A DNA stretch of 64,000 bases. Source: Larinioides sclopetarius (lineage: Eukaryota). The stretch lies in assembly GCA_964023285.1 (NCBI GenBank), contig CAXIEN010000102.1, positions 2,935,528-2,999,527 of the forward strand. The letters are read 5' to 3'. This document shows positions 13,300 to 25,323 of this stretch, in pieces. The notes beneath the pieces were generated by a model, which saw only the letters and a list, made by a program, of their open reading frames with translations, was not told the DNA's origin and did not search any database. The translations under genes were made by a program, and so were the position numbers. The stretch's first letter is position 1; the number at the start of each line of letters is the position of its first letter.

Positions 13300-14520
13300 G
13301 ACCATCACAATAATATCGGCTGCCAAAATGTCTAGCATATGGGGTTCTTTCAACAACAGGTCGGAAGTCAAGGTCAAGAAGATCCATTTTGAAAAGGAGG
13401 AGTTCAACGGAAGGCGGAGTTTTATTTCATGCTTGGTGCCAATTTAACGTGTAAATAAATGTAGCTCATCATTTGTCTTCTTGGTTTTGCTGTAGTTGCA
13501 CGTTTTTCTAATTTCAATTATCTAATATCTTCTATTTATTTATCTAACCACTTAAAATAATTCGTCAACTATTTTCTGATCAACATTATTTACATTTCGT
13601 TATTATTTTTTGCTTTTTAAAACTTGAAATCTTTCAAAATGTCCTTTCAGTTTAAGAAAGGAGAATCATTTAAAGTCGCAAACACGTAAAATGATGTATA
13701 ATGTTGAGGAAGCTAAAGTGAAATCTTTGAAAGTTTCTCTTCCGCAAGCCATGAGAATAGCTTCTGAAGCAACAGGAGTCTTAGAATTAACTATAAGAAA
13801 AATTAGAAATCAAGTGTCAGTATTGGATGAAAGAGAAGTGTTGAGTATTCCTGGGAAGAACCGTTAAAGGCTGTCATACTGAAATTGATGATTTCGACAT
13901 ATGTGTGATACGACAAATAACTTAAGACTTTTACATCCGACAAAAGAAAGTTCCACTGTAAGGAAAATTACTCACTGTGCTGGCAGGTAAGTTGAACTTT
14001 CAATGGAAAAGAGAAACATTCAGAAAAGTAATGCACACAATGAATTTTTGATGGAAGAAGCGAGTTAATAAAAAAAATGTGCACATCGCAAGACCCAGTA
14101 TAGTGTTTTGAAGGAGTAATTACCTACGAAAAATTAGGCAATACAGGTGAAATGGATACCAGATTGTATTTGGGTTGATTGCAACTTGACATTTAAAAAT
14201 GCTAAACAAACAATTTCAGAAGCTGAAATAAATGTTAATTCAAAGAATCAACTCATTGTTGAACATGCTGGGTTGTCCATGGGATTTATTCTTGGGACTC
14301 AATTGGTTTACAAAGCGTCATCGAAAAGCGGGGGATCACCATGGTCAAATGAATTCTGAGAAATGGGTATTGGAAAACCTTATACCAAATTCACAGCCTC
14401 AACGTGTTGTATGTATGGATAATGCTTAGTATCCCATGAAGGTTGCAAATCCAACACCTACAAAGCACAGTTCAAAGAAACAGATGATTGATTGGCTGAC
14501 AATTAATAATGTAACTTGTA
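13300..14520 (+). pseudogene. Degenerate transposase-like remnant in the last MVP intron (frame-disrupted ORFs 14147..14359 and 14232..14429).
   Basis: Fragments such as DDFDICVIRQ, WIPDCIWVDCNLTF and QRVVCMDNA, followed in the next frame by KKQMIDWL, resemble a DDE transposase C-terminal region. No intact ORF, and the family was not determined. Confidence 0.3.
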
Positions 14521-14793
14521 ACATGAAAAATGCGGGAAGCAGAACTGTATTCTCTATTAGACAACAGCTGTCCTAAAGAAATCAAATATACAAGATTGAC
14601 AATCTAATAAAAGAGCATGAGCATAAATTTAGAAGAATTTTTATAGCTCATATCACTAAAAAATAATATCAATTTTAAGACTTAACATTTCATTATCTTT
14701 ATTATGAGTCTTTTGTATCTTTCAAGTTCTAATAAATAATACTCCATATCAAATATCACACACATATAGTAGATCCACAAGAATGAAACATAC

Positions 14794-14982
14794 CTGGAAA
14801 TCTTGTCCAGCAGAAGCAACAGACTGAATTGTTTCTCTACCAAGACTTTCCACAAGATTCTTAAATTTGCTAACTTCAATATCAGCAACTTGTTTCAGTT
14901 TCTCAACCTCCAAAGCATTTTGTTCTTTAAGGTAGTGCAACTCCTCCTCTCTAGCTTGGCGAAGACGTTCCAACTCAGTTTC
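14794..14982 (-). CDS. MVP: MVP coding exon 13 (ETELERLRQAREEELHYLKEQNALEVEKLKQVADIEVSKFKNLVESLGRETIQSVASAGQDFQ).
   Basis: Acceptor tatcttag, donor GTATGT. Aligns to [64 protein letters not shown]. Confidence 0.85.
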
Positions 14983-16045
14983 CTAAGATATATATATCAT
15001 AAATGTAAGAAATCAAAAGATAATTACACATTTATGAAAAAAATATGGGGAGGGGAAGAAAGCACAAAAGAAGTCATATAAAAGACTTCACACAGAAGTC
15101 ATGACATCAAAGAAGAGATTACAATGATTATTGTAGCAACAGATAAAAATAAAACAATAGGTGAGAAAAAATAAACATTGCCTTCCAAACCTTTTATTGG
15201 AATTAAATCAACTCATCTTTCACATAAACATTTAAATATTTTTTTAAAATTTGAAGACATTCAAACAAAAACTTTTGAAAATATCTGAAAGCAAGTAAAT
15301 TTTTATTTATTGCTTTAAAAAAATGAATACAAACATTTAAAAAATTATTCATGAACCTTTTTTTATTTAAATACGAAATGAAGTTTTTTTTTAGTTTTAT
15401 GCTAAATTAAATAATTTGAAAGCATTTTTCAGGGTCAGAATTTAACCAAATACATTTTAGCACCTATCACATTTATAGCCTATAAGAATCTTCATATCTA
15501 AAAAAAATGTTAGATTAAGACGATAGTATCTAGAATGAAAAATATATTTAACATCTAAAATAGACATTAGGGAGAGGAAAGGGGAGGTGGGAAGCCATCA
15601 AACAACATTTAAAATAGAAAAATGAAAAGAATACATTCATCAGAGAAAAGAACCAAATTCAAAATTTTTGAAAAAATAAAAGCTAAAAAAATTATTCCAG
15701 GATCTTGTGCAAGAATCAGGACAGTTATTAAAAAAATGTGCTTTTCTCCCATATTTTTAAAACCAAAGTTGGATTTAATTTTTGAACAAGAATATTTAGA
15801 CATTTGGTTATTTTGACCCGATCGGGAAAAAAAGAAGAGTGGGTGAGAATGTGTGCTAGAAAAAGTTATAAAAGACTAAAAGCATTTTTTGAAAAAAAAG
15901 CAATTAATCTTTTTTAATCTATATTTTCATGAATATAAAAATTTTAAACATATTTTTTCCCCAACTCCTTATAAATAAATAACAAATAATAATAAAAATG
16001 AAGTTTGGAATATGAAGTTATAAAGAAATAAAAGAGAAAACATAC

Positions 16046-16289
16046 AGCTTCAATCTTCATAGCTTCTGCCTTTGATCTTGCTTGCTCAACAGCAGCTTCA
16101 GCTTCAATTCTTTGAGCCTCTGCTCGACTCAAAGCTTCTGCTTTGGCTTGACCACAGTTCTCTATTGACATGCTGCTCACTTTTAGCTCAAGTAGACTCT
16201 TTCTTTCTTTCTCAGCTTCAACTTCATCAGATATTTTCTGACGCTCCAGTCGCCCACGAGCTTCCTGCTCCCTTCGCTCAGCCTCATGC
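16046..16289 (-). CDS. MVP: MVP coding exon 12 ((R)[81 protein letters not shown]). Cap-helix coiled coil.
   Basis: Acceptor tgtacag, donor GTATGT. Aligns to [81 protein letters not shown]. Confidence 0.85.
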
Positions 16290-16330
16290 CTGTACACATA
16301 AATAAAATTTATCGTTTTTTGATCACTAAA

Positions 16331-17060
16331 TACAGTACGACGCCGGTAATCCGGATTTTAGGTTATTGACTAATCGCTAAATACGTTAATTTACATAAAA
16401 AATTCATTTTTATTACTATTTAAAAGCATATATTAATTTTACCATATAATTTTATTCTGTTTGAATTTCAATGAAAAATCTGGAATTTTGTATGGAACAT
16501 ACATAATGTTGTTATCAGATAAACACAGTCTATAAATATTTTTCAGCTGCCTCATGGAATGAATTATTTTAAGTGATACGAAGACTAAAATTCCATAGAA
16601 GGGTGATTGCAGCTTCGCGCCTAGCATCGGCGATAACGACACCACGAACCTCCACGCGTAAAGAGCTAATCAACGCTGTGCTTTAAAGCGACAGTCGCTT
16701 AAAGGGGACAAAAAAAAAATGTTCTCGGTAATTTTGGAATTTAAAATTAGAAAATAAGGTCACATTTTAGAGAAATTATGGTTTGAGTAAATATTTTAAG
16801 TGAAATCACTTGCAAGTCAAGTAATATGAAACAAATGAAAAGAGCCGAAACAAAAGCATAAGGTGTATTGGAAAGCACTTCTTCAAGTTAGATTTCTGGC
16901 GCAAACGTCTGTGATTCGTTTCTAGCAGCATTTACACCACCGTCAATTTGAGGTCGAACAAAGTATAGCAGTCGAAAAAAATTCTTTTAGACGAAACAAT
17001 TTTTTATTAAAATGGCCGAAATGGTTTCTTTGGAGTTCGGATTATCAGCATTGTACCGTA
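16331..17060. mobile_element. ~730-bp non-autonomous element with ~28-bp terminal inverted repeats (TACAGTACGACGCCGGTAATCCGG ... CGGATTATCAGCATTGTACCGTA), in the intron between MVP exons 11 and 12.
   Basis: Its two ends are mutual reverse complements. A diverged copy at 19523..20270 lies in the opposite orientation. Confidence 0.65.
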
Positions 17061-17781
17061 AATTGTAATAGATGTTATTTAGAAAAGTAATAAAGAAAGT
17101 AAATTTCTTTATAACAGACAGATTGTAGACTATTATGCTCCTTAAGGCTAGTAGGCACACCCAAGAGATTTAGAACAGGCTACATGTACATGATAGTACA
17201 TCACTACTGCAGTTTAACGTTTGTGGGAAAAAAATTATCATACTAACTGTGTAGATAGATATGCAATAAAACATGAAGTTCAACCAAATATTAATGCAAT
17301 TATTTTTCCAAAGGTTGTTAAAATATCTACAACAAGGAATATAGTATATTTAGTAGCTATATCTTATTATTTAAAAATTTATGGAGATTTTTGTTGGATA
17401 ACATAGATAATTGAGGCAGACATTTCGATCTGATATCCCTATCCTTGTTACCAGAAATTGGCTTTAAGAACTATTTGTTTCAAAAAGTGTGTACAAATGG
17501 GTGTAAAAATAATATTAAGTATCACATGCAACAAACAACTAATACAAGACTGCAAAGTAGCTTCAATGCAGCTTGATTCCAAAAGATGAGTATGCTGTAA
17601 ATTAGCGTAAATATTACTGTATCTGTTCCAAAAAGTGTTGCCATGTAATCAATAGCACAAGGAAAATTTACTTCCTAAATAAGCTTCATTGGATAATAAA
17701 TAAAAGAAACTTAATGTCTATTACTGAACAAGCACTGCTAAGAAATCAAAATAAAGATTAAAAAAGAATAACATCACTTAC

Positions 17782-17993
17782 CTGGCAGTAGCTTCCTGAC
17801 TTGAGGTGGTGATTTCTATGGCAAGCTGAACAGATTTTTGCAATGAATCTCTAGTACGTTGATCAACTGGCTCAACACTCTGAATATCAACACTAGTAAT
17901 GTTTAAGTTATTTTGTGGGAAATTGAAGGTTTTCCTTACTTTTCCTTTTTCATCTAAACCAAAAACTGCTGTCCGGATAATTTTTGCAGAGTT
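17782..17993 (-). CDS. MVP: MVP coding exon 11 ([70 protein letters not shown]+AG).
   Basis: Acceptor ctgtccctttcag, donor GTAAGT. Aligns to [80 protein letters not shown]. Confidence 0.85.
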
Positions 17994-18817
17994 CTGAAAG
18001 GGACAGGAGGAGTTGCATTAAGTAACATGTTGCCAAAAAGTAAGTTTCTCAGCAGTCATTAAGGAGACAAACTTAATGACCTGGAAAGATTTATTGAAAC
18101 ACAATAACAGTATTCTTTCAGCTATTTCTCAACAAAAGAAACATTGGAAATTAAGTGCACATCAAACAATGAAACTAATTTCTGTATAGTAATGTCAAAG
18201 AAATCTGCCACCAGTATGTCATTGGGGAAATGTTGAATTCTTTTCAGGTGTTGGAAATGATAATAGTCACTGGGAAAAAAATTGGGAAAACAGACGGGGT
18301 GATCAAATACCTTCCACCTTTCTTAAAACCACTATAGAAATATGCACAGCAATAGTTGACAGCAAATACTGCCATGGAGAAACACTCGGGTGATTCTTAT
18401 ATATATAGAGGTAGCTGAAAGACTGCTATATCTGTTTCTATGTAATTATAATTTGAGCCTCTTTAACACTTCCCCAGAAAATATTCATTTTCAGAATAAA
18501 CAATATTACAAAAAACATTGCGTTTTCTCACTAGTACTAATACCAGAAATCATACTATTATATATAAAAAAGTAAAAATCCAAAGAAAAGTATTCAGTAG
18601 ACATTCTTTAAAACTGCAAGTTGAGATGAACCAAAATTCATTTTACAAAGAATGTATAAATAAATAATAAAAAGAAAACTAATATAATTTATTTGCTACA
18701 CTGACAAATAAAATGAAAGAAAAGAAGCGACAGATATCAAAGACTAAGTAGCTTATAGGATCAAATCCTGCCCATTAAATAAAAAAAATGTGAATTAATA
18801 AATCAAAATTTAATACA

Positions 18818-18962
18818 TGTACTAGCTATGTGGCCCAGCGTTGCACAGGCAATCTCAAATAACACATAATTATTAGATAGTAAGAAATGAGGAATGTCAC
18901 ATGCACAGCATTCTTTCCTAAATTTTAATGTAACTTCTCTTCATAACAGTACATTATAATTG
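18818..18962. repeat. Short dispersed SINE/MITE-like repeat, copy 1 (TGTACTAGCTATGTGGCCCAGCGTTGCACAGGCAATCT...).
   Basis: Similar to 22749..22925. Confidence 0.55.
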
Positions 18963-19522
18963 GGAAAAAATAGAAAATTGTTTCTGCACAGCAGATGACA
19001 TCAAATGAGTTTTATAGCAAGAACTTTATGAATTAAAACACCCTAAGTCAAAAAAGAGAGTGTGTGAAACTATTTACACAAACTTGCTCCCTTTTAATAA
19101 ATAACAAAATGCAAAAACGTAGGATTTAAGAATGAAGTAAAAAAGTATCAACTCTGTACACGATAGATAGCAGCATTAAATAATCATCCAGTTTGATGTT
19201 TTTAACTAATATCCAGTGATAGCAGCACATGCACAGAAAAATATAGGATTCTTGAATAAAAAATATAGGACATTAAAATTTTTAAAAAATCCATCTTAAA
19301 TTTACATAACAGCTTCTTGCAGCAAATGTGAAAAAAAAATTAACTTCATATATATAGCAACAATTAGAACAGAAGAGAATAAATTTTTTAATAAATTGTA
19401 TGCATAAAAATAATAAACATTGAGACACAAAAATGCACCAAGTTCATTTATAAAATAAAAAGAATGATGACTTGCTTCTATTTATGATCAAATATAAAAA
19501 TGAATATTATATAAATATATAT

Positions 19523-20270
19523 ACTGTACGATGCTGATAATCCGAACTCCAAAAAAAAACTGGACATTTTCGCCTGTTAATTTCACCTAAAAACTTTTCT
19601 ACCTCATGTTGGCAGAAGGAATGAAGTTGGTGTCAGAAATCTAACATTGAAAAGCGTTTTCAAAAATTCCATCGTGTTTAGGTTTCGGTTGTTTTCTTTG
19701 CTTCTTTACAAAATAAATACTTTTTACAAGTAATATTACTTAACTTGCAAATGATTTTATTTTAGTCAAAAATCAGGATTTCTGTAAAATATGATCTTAT
19801 TTTTTAATTCCCAAACTGTCAATAACTATTTTTCTTGAACACCCTTCAAGCAGTGGCCCCCTAAAATCACACCAATGCTTGGCCCTTTTCAATTGGAGAT
19901 TTTTTATGTCGCTATCGGCGCTGCTAGAGAAATTGCACCCAGCCCTTCATAACACTTGAAATAATTTATTCCAAGAGGCAGCTGAAAAATATTTACAGAC
20001 TCTATGATTATCTGTTGGCAACATTGTGCAAGTTCAATACTCAAAAAAAATACATGCTCCAATTTCTGTCGGCAATCAGAAATTATGTATGCTTTACTTC
20101 TTTCTCTACTTCTTCCGTAATAAAATTATATGGAAAAATAATATTTTAAAACTGTATTATAATATTTTTAATATAAATTATCATATTTATTAACAGCTTA
20201 ATGCATTTTCTTAAAAAATTTAGTAAATAACCAAAAATCTGGAAAATCCGTTAATCCTGAATTGTCACGG
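19523..20270. mobile_element. Second, inverted copy of the ~750-bp TIR element, in the intron between MVP exons 10 and 11.
   Basis: Reverse-complement similarity (~70-75%) to 16331..17060 along its length. Shared blocks include GCAGCTGAAAAATATTTA.AGACT, GAAATCTAAC.TGAA and ATGCTGATAATCCGAACTCC. Confidence 0.6.
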
Positions 20271-22199
20271 TCCTAATGGTTCTGCACACACAATATTTTC
20301 ATTAATTTATCATTAAAAGAAGATATATTCTGAGTTATGCCATAATTCTTATAAGAAGGGAGTGAATGTTCAGACATATATCTTGTATGAAAGCTTCAAA
20401 TCAAAAAAGAAAGAGAAATTTTTCCACTTTTAGAACTCGAGCAGAAAAGGGTAAATCATGATGTCAAAAAATGCAGAGTTATTAATTTTGAGCACACGAT
20501 TCTCTCATTATGAATTCTCTTACTAACAAGTAAATTAAAAATGGACAATTAAAAATCTTTAGCACAAGAAATAAAACATGCAGCTAAAGAAAAGGAATTA
20601 TAAATTAGAATTTAAAGTAAAATTAAATGGGGTTATTAAATATATGTATGTTTATAAATCTGAAAAGGATCACTTTCTTTTTAAAAACAATGAAAAAAAT
20701 GATAATGTGAAGGCAATGAATTAATATGAAGTAGGCCATGAAAAGAATACTTAAAAGCATAATACTTATATGTATAAAGCTAGAAAAATTTAATTGTAAA
20801 ATTAATCAAATTTAATTCCTTAAAATTGAAAAAAAAAACCCATAGTATTAAAATAGAAGTTTTTGAAAAGAAAGTCAATGTTGGCTGTTATGTTAATATA
20901 ATTATAATTAAAACAATTTAAATTAATTTTTAAAACTAAATATGTTGATATTACCACCTTATAAAATATGTAAGAATTTTTACAATTATAACGCTAAGAC
21001 AATGAATTCTTTGAGTTTCTTCTTTTCAGAATTCAGTTTTTGAATTCTTTTCAGTTTCTTATTTCCTGTTGCAATTAATGCCTGTGCCGCTGGAAATGAC
21101 TTTCTTATCAAAGATGTTTGGTTCCCTCTTCTATAAGTTGGTAGGCAAAATCAACATTATCTTATAAAGAAAGCAATTCATTTTGGATAGTCTTTTGCAC
21201 ATATTTTAGTACCTTATTTACATTGTCGAGCTTGTTTTCCTTTGACTCACTTCCTAGCCATTCAGCTTTGTGTTCTGAGTGTGCTTCTCTATAAAAATGT
21301 ATAGCCCCCCTTTGTAATAACAATCTCAATAATATTTTCTATCCTAATACTGTCGTTAATCAGTCTCAAACCAACGATGGTGGTCTGATCCATTATTCTT
21401 GACCTGTCACTCATCATCCTTTTGTTGACAGAAAATCCCCTTTCTAGTGCTTGTCCATGAGAAAGATAATACCTCTTTTTCCTTATGTTTAAGTCATTTA
21501 ACATTTCTCAAATATGCATCAATTTTTTTCCCACTGCTATACATATTCTTCAAGTTGTTTTTCAACTCTCCACTTCTCTTTTATAACCTCATCAGAAATA
21601 TTAATTGTGATGGAGTTAACAAAGATTGTTAGTGAGAATTCAAAAGAGCAAGCAGAAGCAAAATATGCGGCAACTCTGAAGAGAAAAGAAAGGAGGAATC
21701 ATGCTTCACCTACTGTATCATACTTGAGCAGGGAAAAAAGTGTGCGCTATATATTATCAAAGATTGAATGGAAAGGGAAAATAAAATATATGACAAATAA
21801 CTCTTTTTTTTTAATTATAGGACATTTAAAAAAAATGTTCTAAAATATTGGAATTATAGGACAGCTGAATATCTTTTACCTAATTATAATTTTGGAATGC
21901 TTCAGTTAAATGGTATTTCTCTAAGTACTCCAAACCAGCGTTAATTAGAACCCATATTTTTTTTCACATACCAGAATCGAGATGATATATGCATGATGCA
22001 CTGCCTACCAAAAGTATCAGAGTCAAATCTCACACAATACAAAATATTTGGTAATAAATCTACCTCAGTGACTTAATTTTGATTGTTCTTTCATATCAAA
22101 TGAGAGGTTCAAACTTTCCATTGGTGAAAATGTGTAGAAATTGGCATCATACTATGTCGCGGCGCAATGAATGGTCTGAATGATTCTGATACTTTTTCC

Positions 22200-24650
22200 T
22201 GTAACTTCAGTATAAAGGAAAACAGATGAATCTGCATTGCTTGGGATCCAAATTTTAAAATTTTCCCGACTCTAATTTAAATACGAATGAAGTAATATGT
22301 ACCGCATACATAAACTCTTGAAGTATCAAGGATCTTCTCAAACATTTTTATCAAAAGACCTATTCGAGCATTTTATTTATCTTTTTTTTGCATCAGCAAT
22401 CACCAAAATCTTAACACCAAACCATCTACATCGCATTGTTGCATTATTCAGACTTCCATATTACATTCTTGGAGATTTCAACAGTGAATGAGAAATAGGC
22501 TATGGAATACTTGTTTTAAGAATCAAAATGGTTCGAATTTTGCTGCGACAGTGAAACAAATTGTTTTAAAGTATACCAAAAAATAAAAAAGTATTATAAA
22601 TTAGTTTTCCATTGATAATTTTTTTGATAATTGAAACTTTGGAATCTAAATGATCGAAATGGCTTCCTTGGATTGTTCCGCATATTTTGGTACTTTCCGC
22701 AGGCTTTGTGAGAAGATATTGCCACATACATACAATCAGATTTTAATAGTGTTGACTAGCTAGATGGCCCAGCATTGAACGGGCAATCTAGAGCAATGTC
22801 ACTCTGGTTAAATTATTATTTTTATTTAGCCAGAGTGACAGTAAGAAATGATGTAATGTGTTATATGTCCAGCATTCTCTTCTCAATTTGAATGTGATCT
22901 TTTCCATAATGGTATATTATACTCTAACTTTCGTTAGTCTCCTACCGGGTCACGCTGGCTATTTGTGTGGCCCGGCGCACTCAGCCCCCATTAAATAAAC
23001 TTATAAACTGCAAGAACAGCGAAGTGAACTTTTAAAAATGGAGAGAAAAGAAAAGGTCTTTGTGCTCAAGAGATGGCAACACAGTTTATTCATTACTTTT
23101 CATGTTTTTAATTAATATCTTCTTAATTTGTTATAATTTTTAACCTTAAATGGCCCGACTGCATGGCCGATCTTGAATTGCTCCCACCCAGCACTATACC
23201 GTGTCATTGCAAACTGAATTTTCTATCCGATTCCTATCTTGCTTTAATTCGAAGGGAATAAGATGAATCTATGTTGGTCGGAATCTATCTTTGTTATTTT
23301 GCCCGCCTCTAGTTTATATAAGCACGGAGCAAGATATGATGCATACATAAACTCTCAAAGTGTCAGGGAATCTCTAAGAAAACTTTTTAGTAAAAATCCT
23401 ATTCGAACGATTTAATTCTTCCTGTTTCTTTGTAACAATTTCCAAATCCCAAACCCGAAGCTATCCACATCGTATTGTTGCATTGTTCAGATTTATATAT
23501 TTCTTGGAAGTTTCAACAGTAAAACAGAAAGACACAATTGAATATTAGTTTCAACAATTAAAACAGTTCGAATTGTGGGGCAATAAGAAAACTATTGTTA
23601 TAAAGTGTCCAAAAAATTAATGGTAATGCTGTAAATTAGTTTTCCATCAATTAATTTTATGCTAATAAAATTTCGTTATGTAAATGGCTCCCTTTGATCG
23701 CTCAGCGTATTTTGGTACTTTCCCCGTGTTTCTCTGTTTGACGGTTCATGAAAAGATAGTGCCACATACAGACATACAATCATATTTTAAATAACATAGA
23801 CGAGGTACCCTAAATTTTTACTACAGGTCAGGGAGAGGATTTTAATGGCTTTAAACCTCTCCTGGACAACACATAACATTTTGCAAGAAACCGCATGTAA
23901 ATCGGTTCAGTAGTTTTTTTAGTTTTGGGAGAACACACATACTAACATAGTCTTTAATGTAATAAACCTGATTATTCCCGGCATAAATTATGAATCATCT
24001 GCATTTATCTTATCTTTTGTTGTTTTTCCAAAATTTTATATGTTCTAGCCACACTCTTATACACATTTCTTGTTCTTCATAATAAAAACTAAATTGATAC
24101 AAATTGAATTAAAAAAAAATTAACTTTTAAATCATTGCAAGTTGGCAGCATTCTTTTACTTCTTGAATAAAATAAATTTAAAAAAATGTTTAAATTATTA
24201 TTGTTGCTTAGCAACAAAATATGTTTACAAATGCTTTTATTTCAAAATAGTTTGCAATTAATCATTTTATTCAAAATTTTTAAATAATCAATAAAATTTG
24301 AAACACTGCACAGAAATGAAACTGATGTTATTGGAAAGAAAATTTTTTTATCTTTAAGATTGTATAAAAATATTTGTCGGACAATTTGCACAGAAGTTAT
24401 AGCGGACAAACTGTTTCGATTAATTTCTAATAAACTGATAGGACAAATTGTGCAGTTAATTAGATTTTCATTAATAACTTTTTTGATAATTAAAATTTTG
24501 TAATCTAAATAGTCGAAATGGCTTCCTTGGGTCTTTCTGCATATTTTGGTACCTTCCGCACATTTCTCCATTCGGCGGTTTGTGAGAATATAGCGCTACA
24601 CATATACATACATACAATCAGATTTTAATGGTGTAGATGTCCAAGACATC
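22200..24650. repeat. Three copies of a ~550-bp repeat at ~1.04-kb spacing (22200..22745, 23237..23790, partial 24440..24650), in the intron between MVP exons 10 and 11.
   Basis: Collinear similarity between copies. Shared blocks: GATGAATCT..GCATACATAAACTCT, CATCGCATTGTTGCATT.TTCAGA, TTCAACAGT.AA, AAATGGCTTCCTTGG..CATATTTTGGTAC.TTCCGC..CCACATACA.ACATACAATCA.ATTTTAA. Confidence 0.6.
22749..22925. repeat. Short dispersed SINE/MITE-like repeat, copy 2, with an internal hairpin insert (GTCACTCTGGTTAA...TTAGCCAGAGTGAC).
   Basis: Shares TGTTGACTAGCTAGATGGCCCAGCATTGAACGGGCAATCT and the downstream GTAAGAAATGA..TGTCCAGCATTCTCTTCTCAATTTGAATGT with copy 1. Confidence 0.55.
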
Positions 24651-25181
24651 ATTTGGGGGGAAAATACAAGGGTATGGCATAAAGTTGAAACCAAAGATGA
24701 CCATTTTGATGTTTGTTTGAAAGGGATCACTAAGGGATTATTAAAAATTATGTTAAAATTATTACTTCCCAGCTTATAATAGTATCTATGAAGAAAAAGA
24801 TTTTCAATTGATTGAAATTGCATATAAAGAATATTTAATAATTATCAGAAATTGTCCAATGTAATGCAAGTGAGAAATCATTTCATTAATCAATTTTCAA
24901 TAAATAATAAGCTTATAAAGAAAGATTTAGTTTGTTAATTCTAATAATGAATGCATAAAGCTAATGCAAATAGAAACAGAAGATTTATCTAATAATAATG
25001 CAATAATTTATATAAAAATGCTTTCAGCTCATCTTTTTCTCTACTTAAAAAAAAAAGGTGAATTTTATTATATTAAATTACTTATTCCCATCACTTTTAT
25101 ACCTAAATGCTACTAAAATGTAATTCATAATCATCAACTAACAGAATATTTTTGAATTCATTGAAAAGGAAAAAAACCTGC

Positions 25182-25323
25182 CTTATGAAAATCATCAAAA
25201 TTTGTTCCAGCTACAGTACCACGAATTCTGGAAGCTATTGCTTTACAGAGATCTCCAATGAAATCCGGAACACTGAATAATTTAGCAGATGCCTCAGGGC
25301 TCTTGTCACCAACATCGAAGAAC
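25182..25323 (-). CDS. MVP: MVP coding exon 10 ((W)[47 protein letters not shown]).
   Basis: Acceptor tatctaaag. Frame continuity with exon 11 (DDFHK|NSAKIIR, as in human DDFHKNSARIIR) requires the exon to end after AAG at 25182, followed by GCAGGT, i.e. a GC donor. The nearest GT donor, 4 nt downstream, breaks the frame. Confidence 0.65.

Noticed and set aside
16072-16305. Plus-strand ORF (77 aa) and 14803..15081 (+).
   Set aside because: Both are antisense shadows of MVP exons 12 and 13 (Ala/Glu/Leu-rich coiled-coil coding sequence gives open reverse frames).
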